Below the pieces are notes generated by a model. That model made no database searches, was not told the DNA's origin, and saw only the letters and a program-made list of their open reading frames with translations. A DNA stretch of 64,000 nt from Gemmatimonadota bacterium. GTDB taxonomy: Bacteria; Gemmatimonadota; Gemmatimonadetes; Gemmatimonadales; GWC2-71-9. The stretch lies in the NCBI GenBank assembly GCA_036679605.1, contig JAZDCZ010000180.1, positions 1-64,000 on the forward strand. Direction: 5' to 3'. The translations under genes were made by a program, and so were the position numbers. Positions 1-5,985 of the stretch are shown in pieces (position 1 is the stretch's first letter; the number at the start of each line of letters is the position of its first letter).

Positions 1-1
1 T

Positions 2-77
2 GGACAACGGTAGTCTCCTGTCTCAACCCTTGATGTCGTTGAACAACACCAAGATAGAGCAGGATCTACCGTTGTCC
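2..77. repeat. Long imperfect palindrome (REP/MITE-like hairpin), possibly cut by the window edge
   Basis: GGACAACGGTAG (2-13) is the reverse complement of CTACCGTTGTCC (66-77). Inner arms TCCTG-TCT/AGAGCAGGA and CTTG/CAAG extend the hairpin. Confidence 0.6.
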
Positions 78-115
78 CATCCCCCATCTCACCCCGCAAA
101 TACCGGATGAACCCC

Positions 116-193
116 TTTTCTACCGCCCTTTTCTACCGCCCTTTTCTACCGCCCTTTTCTCCCGCCCAGTTCTACCACCCAGTTCTACCGCCC
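116..193 (+). repeat. Tandem array of six 13-bp units (TTTTCTACCGCCC / AGTTCTACCGCCC)
   Basis: Read directly: units start at 116, 129, 142, 155, 168 and 181, with single-base variants. Confidence 0.95.
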
Positions 194-339
194 TTTTCCC
201 GCTTCCCGCAAAATCCCGCACCTAGCCAACGCGATTTTGGTTATTCACCTCGTTGCCGAATCCGCTATGGTATGCCGCGGCTTCGGTAAGACAGCTGATA
301 CCGTGTACTATAGCCTTGGTCCGCTTACCGAACGAGGGT

Positions 340-423
340 GCCGGCGTGGCGGAAATGGTAGACGCGGAGACCCAGCAAGTCTTTGGGCTTCGGCCCGTGT
401 GAGTTCGAATCTCACCGCCGGTA
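340..423 (+). tRNA. Non-canonical tRNA: tRNA-Leu-type body with anticodon AGC (Ala) and C33
   Basis: Full cloverleaf. Acceptor GCCGGCG/CGCCGGT plus discriminator A; D arm GCG-GAAATGGTAGA-CGC; anticodon stem GAGAC/GTCTT with loop CCAGCAA; long variable arm GGGC-TTCG-GCCC; T arm GTGAG-TTCGAAT-CTCAC. CCA is not encoded, as is also true of the tRNA-Ser gene here. Confidence 0.9.
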
Positions 424-443
424 CCCGGCCGCACCGCATGGGC

Positions 444-473
444 TTGCGATGGTCCGGTTGCCATCACTAGATT
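444..473 (+). promoter_or_regulatory. Putative sigma70 promoter for the anti-tRNA sRNA
   Basis: TTGCGA (444-449) - 18 nt - TAGATT (468-473); predicted start around 478-480. Confidence 0.45.
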
Positions 474-475
474 AT

Positions 476-550
476 AGAGACTTGCTGGGTCTCCGTGGCC
501 TTGTTGCCACCAGTAGACCGGCCGGAGGGCGAAAGTTCTCCGGCTTTTTG
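476..550 (+). ncRNA. Putative ~70-nt small RNA whose 5' end is antisense to the anticodon arm of the upstream tRNA
   Basis: 476-497 AGAGACTTGCTGGGTCTCCGTG versus the reverse complement of 363-384, AAAGACTTGCTGGGTCTCCGCG. Followed by hairpin GTGGC-CTTGTT-GCCAC and an intrinsic terminator. Confidence 0.55.
521..550 (+). terminator. Rho-independent terminator, copy 1
   Basis: GCCGGAGGGC-GAAA-GTTCTCCGGC hairpin followed by TTTTTG. Confidence 0.85.
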
Positions 551-556
551 TTGTCA

Positions 557-625
557 AATTCTACCGCCCAGCTCTACCGCCCTTTTCGCATTTCACATTT
601 CACATCTCACATTTCACATCTCGCC
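557..625 (+). repeat. Two 13-bp CTACCGCCC units followed by 7-bp (TTTCACA/TCTCACA) tandem repeats
   Basis: Read directly from the sequence. Confidence 0.9.
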
Positions 626-704
626 CGCTTCCCGCTCCGGGTGCTAGCGTCGCGCGGTCGCTCGCGACACTTTACAGCAGCCAACAAACGGATACTGCAC
701 ATAC

Positions 705-2279
705 ATGGGCGAGACTCGAGTCGACCTGCTTCATCTCTTGGAAGACCTGCGGGATGCCTACCCCGGGCCGAACGAGGCGGTCATCCTTACCGAGATCGTG
801 GCCAACGCACTGGACTCGGGTGCAAGCACCATCGATATATCCGCCGATCCTCGAGCGTCCACCTTGACCGTAGTGGACAACGGCGCCGGAATGCGGAGAA
901 ATCAGCTGCGGCAGTACCACGATATCGCGGCGACCACCAAGACACGCGGGAGCGGGATCGGATTCGCCGGAGTAGGCATCAAGCTCGGGCTCCTGGTGTG
1001 CGACACAGTGTTCACAGAAACGCGGCGGGGCAAGCAGCACGTTGCAACAAGCTGGCGGCTCTCGTCGAAGCGCCGTGCGCCTTGGAAGTGGGTGCAGCCC
1101 AAAGAATTGGTCGAAGGACACGGTACCGCCGTGAGGCTCAAACTTTCGAGCCCTCTCTCACCACTCCTCGATATCGGTTACATCGAGCGCGCACTCTACA
1201 ATCACTTCGAGCCGCTACTCGATCCCACGTTCGACGAGATTCTCGCGCCGTACTACCCGCACGGTGTTCGGTTCGTCTTGGCCGGCGAAGAGCTTGGGCG
1301 ATACTCGTTGGACACACCCGACAAGGCCGCGCTGGCAGTCAAGCTACCGCGCAAACGCAAGCCGTCTGCCGTAGGGTTCATGGCGCGACATGCAACTTCA
1401 CTGCCGGACGGCCGGCGCGGAATCGCCATCAGCACGTTCGGTAAAGTGATCAAACGCGGTTGGGATTGGCTCGGCGTTACACCCGCCGACCCGGATGCGA
1501 TCGGGGGATTGATAGAAGCGCCGTCGCTTGCACGAGGTCTCACTCTCAACAAGGGCGATTTCATTCGGGTCGGGCAGAACGGCGCTCAGTACCTGGCGTA
1601 TCGCAAGGCGATTCAGGAGGTCGTCTCACGACAGCTCGCCGAGTGGGGACTCGAGCGGGAGGGATCAGAGCGAGACCGGCGGCGCGCGGCGCGTCCGGTC
1701 GAACGCGATCTCGAGAAGATATTGATCGATCTTGCCGATGACTTCCCATTGTTGTCGACCCTGGTGGAGCGTCGCTCCGGCGGGCAACGCAAGCTCCCGA
1801 TGGGATCGACAAAAGCAGGTCAACAGGTGGGCGCCCTCGTAGGTGGAGGGGTGACCGATGGGGAAGCACAGCCCGGACCTCGGCCCGAGGAGAGCGAGCC
1901 ACCCGACAAAACCGACAGTGACCGCAAGGAGCCGGCGCCACCACCAACCGGCATGCTGGAAGAGACACGCAAGGGCCCCCGCAGGCCCACTCACTACCGG
2001 CTCCAGATCCGGTTCGAGCACCGGCCTGACGAAAGCGAACTTTCCCGTCTGGAACAATCTACGGTGTGGATCAACGAGGCTCATCCGGCCTATCGCCGCG
2101 CCGAGTCGTCGCGCTCTGCCGGATATCACATTGCCCTCGCGACAGCGATGGCGCTGGCACGACTCGCCGTTGGACCGACCGAAGAACACGATTTCGTAAC
2201 GACGTTCCTCGCGCACTGGGGCAAGAGTATCGACAAGAAACCGCGGAAGAAAAGGCGCAGACCGAAGAAGAAAATTTGA
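705..2279 (+). CDS. Stand-alone GHKL (HATPase_c, MutL/Hsp90/MORC-like) ATP-binding protein, 524 aa
   Basis: Motifs EIVANALDSGA (N box), VVDNGAGM (G1) and GSGIGFAGVGIK (G2); Pro/acidic linker; C-terminal WINEAHPAY; basic tail. Confidence 0.8.
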   Translation: MGETRVDLLHLLEDLRDAYPGPNEAVILTEIVANALDSGASTIDISADPRASTLTVVDNGAGMRRNQLRQYHDIAATTKTRGSGIGFAGVGIKLGLLVCDTVFTETRRGKQHVATSWRLSSKRRAPWKWVQPKELVEGHGTAVRLKLSSPLSPLLDIGYIERALYNHFEPLLDPTFDEILAPYYPHGVRFVLAGEELGRYSLDTPDKAALAVKLPRKRKPSAVGFMARHATSLPDGRRGIAISTFGKVIKRGWDWLGVTPADPDAIGGLIEAPSLARGLTLNKGDFIRVGQNGAQYLAYRKAIQEVVSRQLAEWGLEREGSERDRRRAARPVERDLEKILIDLADDFPLLSTLVERRSGGQRKLPMGSTKAGQQVGALVGGGVTDGEAQPGPRPEESEPPDKTDSDRKEPAPPPTGMLEETRKGPRRPTHYRLQIRFEHRPDESELSRLEQSTVWINEAHPAYRRAESSRSAGYHIALATAMALARLAVGPTEEHDFVTTFLAHWGKSIDKKPRKKRRRPKKKI

Positions 2280-2349
2280 TTCTGAGTCGAGTCCTTTTGT
2301 AAATTACAATTGTTTGCGATGCCGCGTTGCCGTTTCGCAACGTCAGAAA

Positions 2350-2379
2350 GCCGGAGGGCGAAAGTTCTCCGGCTTTTTG
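2350..2379 (+). terminator. Rho-independent terminator, copy 2 (identical to 521-550)
   Basis: Same 30-nt hairpin and U-tract as 521-550. Confidence 0.85.
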
Positions 2380-2385
2380 CTGTAA

Positions 2386-2437
2386 AATTCTACCGCCCTT
2401 TTCTACCGCCCAGTCTTACCGCCCTTTCCTACCGCCC
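2386..2437 (+). repeat. Four 13-bp TACCGCCC-containing tandem units
   Basis: AATTCTACCGCCC, TTTTCTACCGCCC, AGTCTTACCGCCC, TTTCCTACCGCCC. Confidence 0.9.
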
Positions 2438-2478
2438 TTTTTCCCTTTTCCCACCCGAGACGTTACTTGTAGTGAGAC

Positions 2479-3303
2479 ATGATCTCCCTCGTAACAGCCC
2501 TCGCCTCGCTCACGATCGCCGCCCAAACACCCGCCCCGCAGGACTCAGGCTACGTCGAACTGATCTTCCTGGACGTCGGGCAGGGCGACGCAGTCGTGAT
2601 CAAGTCGCCCGAGGGCAAGGTCGCACTCATTGACGCCGGACGCACTTCGATCGTGCACAAGCTCGACGGCTACGGCATAGATTCGATCGCCATCGCCATC
2701 GCTTCACACCCGCATGCCGACCACATCGGCGGCATGGCGGAGATCGTCACGGCTATGCCGCTCGAGTTCTACATGGATAACGGAGCGCCGCACACCACGC
2801 GCACCTACCGCAATCTCCTTAGGACGCTCCGAGCCTCTGACGTCACATATCTCGCGGCAACGAGCAGGAACTTGGGGCTCGGCAGCGTAAACATCGAAGT
2901 GCTGCCGCCACCGGACAACTTGGAGAACCTGAACGACCGGTCCATAGGGTTGATCGTCGAGTACGGCGAATTCAAGGCGATCCTGACCGGCGATTCCCAA
3001 GTGGACGAACTCAATTATTTCATTGCACTCGGCGTGCCCGACGTAACGGTGCTCAAGGCCGCGCACCACGGATCCAGGAACGGCGTCACGCCTGCCTGGC
3101 TCGCCGCGACCAAGCCGGAGGTCGTCGTCATCTCGGCGGGCGCCGGCAACAGCTACGGCCACCCGCACCGCTGGGCCATGCGATATTACCAGACAGTGGC
3201 CAAACAGATCTACCGCACCGACCTCCACGGCGACGTGATCGTGCGCGGATGGAAGAGCGGAAAGTATGAGGTGAGCGTCAGCAGAGTCGATCCGGAATTA
3301 TGA
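2479..3303 (+). CDS. Secreted ComEC/Rec2-type metallo-beta-lactamase-fold hydrolase
   Basis: Signal peptide; FLDVGQGDA, SHPHADHIGG, LTGD, AHHGS, NSYGHPH and YRTD motifs. Confidence 0.9.
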   Translation: MISLVTALASLTIAAQTPAPQDSGYVELIFLDVGQGDAVVIKSPEGKVALIDAGRTSIVHKLDGYGIDSIAIAIASHPHADHIGGMAEIVTAMPLEFYMDNGAPHTTRTYRNLLRTLRASDVTYLAATSRNLGLGSVNIEVLPPPDNLENLNDRSIGLIVEYGEFKAILTGDSQVDELNYFIALGVPDVTVLKAAHHGSRNGVTPAWLAATKPEVVVISAGAGNSYGHPHRWAMRYYQTVAKQIYRTDLHGDVIVRGWKSGKYEVSVSRVDPEL

Positions 3304-3321
3304 AATGCGAACGAAAGCTTG

Positions 3322-3434
3322 TTCGTCCTTCAGGACGAAGTGCTCGGCTGACCCCGGCCTTCAGGCCGGGACCAAAACCATTGGCGGATGAAACCGAGAT
3401 CAAACTACCGTTGACCAGGCCGGGACCAAAACCA
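3322..3434. repeat. REP-like hairpins and a 19-bp direct repeat
   Basis: TTCGTCCT-TC-AGGACGAA (3322-3339) and CCCGGCCT-TC-AGGCCGGG (3353-3370). CAGGCCGGGACCAAAACCA occurs at 3362-3380 and 3416-3434. Confidence 0.75.
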
Positions 3435-3449
3435 CAGGTGGACTAGATC

Positions 3450-3743
3450 ATGAAAGAACGCGCTGAAGGCTCAACTCGAGTGTACGTGGTAGACAGTTTG
3501 ACTGGCTACGTGGCAAGCCTGATCGGCGAGGACGACAGCCGACAGGTTACGATCGCCCGCAACCAACTCCCACTCGGCATCACCGAGGGTACCGTGCTAC
3601 GCGTCTCCCAAAAGGACGACGACACACCGGACTGGCCAAGCGCCCAGATCAATGCTGCGGAAACCGAGCGCAGGGTCGACGAGGCGCGCTCTATTATAAA
3701 GGAATTACGGAAGCGGGATCCGGGTGGGGACATCGAATTGTAA
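3450..3743 (+). CDS. DUF3006-like small protein
   Basis: VVDS..G.VA.L, LP.GI.EG.VL pattern and C-terminal helix; a known neighbour of stand-alone ComEC-type MBL genes. Confidence 0.7.
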   Translation: MKERAEGSTRVYVVDSLTGYVASLIGEDDSRQVTIARNQLPLGITEGTVLRVSQKDDDTPDWPSAQINAAETERRVDEARSIIKELRKRDPGGDIEL

Positions 3744-3760
3744 CGCGCTCGCCTTTGCTT

Positions 3761-3796
3761 GATGCGTTGACATCGCTCTAATGATGTATTAGCATC
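3761..3796 (+). promoter_or_regulatory. vapBC promoter with two GATG-N6-CATC operators
   Basis: TTGACA (3767-3772) - 17 nt - TAGCAT (3790-3795); palindromes at 3761-3774 and 3783-3796. Confidence 0.7.
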
Positions 3797-3800
3797 ACAC

Positions 3801-4067
3801 GTGCGAACCACAGTCGATATAGACGACGATCTCTTGAAGCGGCTCCGAAACGAGGCGCACCACCGCGGCGTTCGGTTCAAGCACCTATTGAACCGTGTGC
3901 TGAGGCAGGGATTAAACGAACCTCCCACCAAACTCGCCGAAGCATTTGAATGTCCGTCCTTCGCGATGGGTCAGGCAGCGAGGTCCATCAACCTGGACAA
4001 GGCGATCCGTGTGGCTGACTCGCTTGAGGACGAGGAAATCGCGCGCGAGCTGGAGCAGCGCAAGTAA
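3801..4067 (+). CDS. vapB: VapB-type (RHH/CopG) antitoxin
   Basis: MRTTVDIDDDLL N-terminus; directly upstream of a PIN toxin. Confidence 0.85.
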   Translation: MRTTVDIDDDLLKRLRNEAHHRGVRFKHLLNRVLRQGLNEPPTKLAEAFECPSFAMGQAARSINLDKAIRVADSLEDEEIARELEQRK

Positions 4068-4076
4068 CGGCCCCGA

Positions 4077-4511
4077 ATGAAGCTGCTAGACCTGAATCTT
4101 TTGCTCTACGCAGTCAACCGGGACACCGTGCATCACGACCCGGCAAAGGCATGGCTCGAGCGCACACTCTCCGGGGACGAGACCATAGCACTTCCCTGGG
4201 TCGTCATCCTTGGGTTCCTTCGGATCACAACCAACGCGCGTGTTTTCCCACACCCGCTGTCCCCGAACCAGGCGTTAGGGGTGGTAGATCGATGGTTGGC
4301 CCGGCCGGTCGTGGTTGTACTTCACGCCGGTGAAGAACATTGGCGAATTCTCAAAAGCTTGCTGCTCGACTCGGGGACCGCAGGAAACTTGACGACAGAC
4401 GCGCATCTCGCGGCGCTCGCCATAGAGACTGGATCCGAGTTGTGCTCCACCGACAGTGACTTCGCACGCTTCCGTCACGTGCGTTGGGTGAACCCACTCC
4501 AAGAACGGTAG
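4077..4511 (+). CDS. vapC: VapC PIN-domain ribonuclease toxin
   Basis: LLDLNLLLYA...DAHLAALAIE...STDSDFARF PIN signature. Confidence 0.92.
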   Translation: MKLLDLNLLLYAVNRDTVHHDPAKAWLERTLSGDETIALPWVVILGFLRITTNARVFPHPLSPNQALGVVDRWLARPVVVVLHAGEEHWRILKSLLLDSGTAGNLTTDAHLAALAIETGSELCSTDSDFARFRHVRWVNPLQER

Positions 4512-4539
4512 GTTTTCGACCGCCTTGCTTTCTGCTCCA

Positions 4540-4585
4540 ATACGTATACTCTTGACATACGATAGTATACTATTAGTATACGTAT
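4540..4585 (+). promoter_or_regulatory. Promoter/operator of the MNT-HEPN pair
   Basis: 11-bp inverted repeat ATACGTATACT (4540-4550)/AGTATACGTAT (4575-4585); central palindrome ATAGTATACTAT; TTGACA at 4552-4557. Confidence 0.65.
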
Positions 4586-5204
4586 GAGCCGTTACGGAGA
4601 GGCCCCACCAGATAATCCCATCATGAAATCATCCCTCAACGCCCTCATCGGATCGGCTACGCGCATCGCCGTACTCGGCAATCTCCTGCTCCATCCAGAC
4701 CGCGAGATCCACCTCAGGAGCCTAGTGCGCGCCACCGGGTTTTCGCCGAGGGCCGTGAACAAGGAGGTGGATCGCCTGATGGGAGTGGCCCTGCTCACAC
4801 AGCGACGGTCCGGCAACCGGCGCTACTTGCGAGCCAACGTCGAGCATCCGCTGTACCGTGCGCTGCGGGAACTCCTGGCCAAGACCGTGGGCGTGGTTCC
4901 CGCACTGCGGCAGGCGCTGACCGGCGATGCACGCATCGCCCTGGCCCTACTCTACGGCTCTGTCGCTGCCGGCGACGAGCGGCCGGACAGCGATATCGAT
5001 TTACTCGTAGTGGGCTCGATCGGCCTTGGAGACACCATCGAGCTGTTGCGATCCGTCCAGGAGATGTTGCAGCGAGACGTCAACCCCATCGTCATGAGCC
5101 TCGGCGAGTTCCAGCGACGTCGAGACACAGAGGAACACCTCGTGACATCGATTCTGAAAGGTCCGCAAGTTGAACTAGCGGGATCACTCGATGACGCTGC
5201 ATGA
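4584..5204 (+). CDS. HTH + minimal nucleotidyltransferase (MNT) antitoxin; alternative start at 4623
   Basis: N-terminal winged HTH; LYGSVAAG...SDIDLLVV motif. Confidence 0.85.
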   Translation: MSRYGEAPPDNPIMKSSLNALIGSATRIAVLGNLLLHPDREIHLRSLVRATGFSPRAVNKEVDRLMGVALLTQRRSGNRRYLRANVEHPLYRALRELLAKTVGVVPALRQALTGDARIALALLYGSVAAGDERPDSDIDLLVVGSIGLGDTIELLRSVQEMLQRDVNPIVMSLGEFQRRRDTEEHLVTSILKGPQVELAGSLDDAA

Positions 5205-5601
5205 ATGGGAAGACAACGGCTGGCTCAGGCGGCACGAGGCGAGCCCCGGCGAGATCAAGAATCTCTTGGGGATCGTTGAACGCGAACTCCGGGATGCGGC
5301 AGTCCAGGGCGTTTCTCTCGATGCAAAACTCGGCATGCTCTACAACGCAGCGCTAAAATTGGCGGATGTCGCACTCCGGCGCGCGGGATACCGCACCACT
5401 GGTTCGCGTCATCACTATTACGTGACCAACTCCATTCCCCTCACAATGGGAGACGAATGGACTCGAGAAACTCGGTTCCTGGTGGAGATACAGAAGCTGC
5501 GCCATCGAGCCGACTACGAATCGGTCGGCGTGGCCACGGAGATCCAAGTAACAGAACTGCGTGAAATTGTCGAACAGCTGCAGCAGGCCATTAAGCGATA
5601 A
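5191..5601 (+). CDS. HEPN-like toxin
   Basis: Helical 136-aa protein overlapping the MNT gene; YNAAL and RHRADY (Rx4Y) motifs. Confidence 0.7.
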   Translation: MTLHEWEDNGWLRRHEASPGEIKNLLGIVERELRDAAVQGVSLDAKLGMLYNAALKLADVALRRAGYRTTGSRHHYYVTNSIPLTMGDEWTRETRFLVEIQKLRHRADYESVGVATEIQVTELREIVEQLQQAIKR

Positions 5602-5864
5602 CCCGTGGGGCCGCCCTGCCCTACACCACACCACCCGCCTGGAGGTGGGGCTTCTACTGAATTTCGGACCCCAGCCGCAGTTGAATCGCCTCATCTTCTC
5701 GAACAACCGGAAACAGGGCCGCTGAACTCCGCTGACAGGTGCAGATCCACGCGGATGACGGGTGTCGCCCAATCGCAGCCAAGCGCCTCCCCATCGATTA
5801 CTTTCTTAAAGCTGCATTGAGCTATCTGCGATAATCTGTTGGATTCTGCGCAGATCTGCGGCCG

Positions 5865-5950
5865 GGACAGGTGGCCGAGTGGTCGAAGGCGCGCGCCTGG
5901 AGAGCGCGTATACGTTACGCGTATCGTGGGTTCGAATCCCACCCTGTCCG
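5865..5950 (+). tRNA. tRNA-Ser(GGA)
   Basis: Acceptor GGACAGG/CCTGTCC plus G73; anticodon arm CGCGC-CTGGAGA-GCGCG; long variable arm; T arm GTGGG-TTCGAAT-CCCAC. Confidence 0.97.
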
Positions 5951-5985
5951 TGCTACACTTTTCGCCTATCTCCGCAGCGTTCAAT

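Noticed and set aside
116..193. CRISPR array
   Set aside because: The 13-bp units are head-to-tail with no unique spacers, and there are no cas genes in the window.
366..384. Reading the first tRNA as an ordinary tRNA-Leu(CAG) or (CAA)
   Set aside because: Centring CAG or CAA in a 7-nt loop breaks the anticodon stem. Only GAGAC/GTCTT pairs fully, which puts AGC at 34-36.
430..550. T-box riboswitch or a second tRNA gene
   Set aside because: No T-box UGGNACC bulge or stem I motifs. The antisense hairpin (loop TTGCTGG) has no D arm, T arm or acceptor stem around it on either strand.
383..1444. 353-aa ORF and other long alternative-frame or antisense ORFs (e.g. 6900-8054, 16060-16896, 58461-59228)
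   Set aside because: Arg/Pro/Ser-rich shadow frames that overlap RNA genes or well-supported CDSs and have no recognisable motifs; expected in GC-rich DNA.
5925..5950. attL/attR duplication of a tRNA 3' end defining an integrative element
   Set aside because: I found no second copy of either tRNA 3' end and no integrase gene in the window (by eye).
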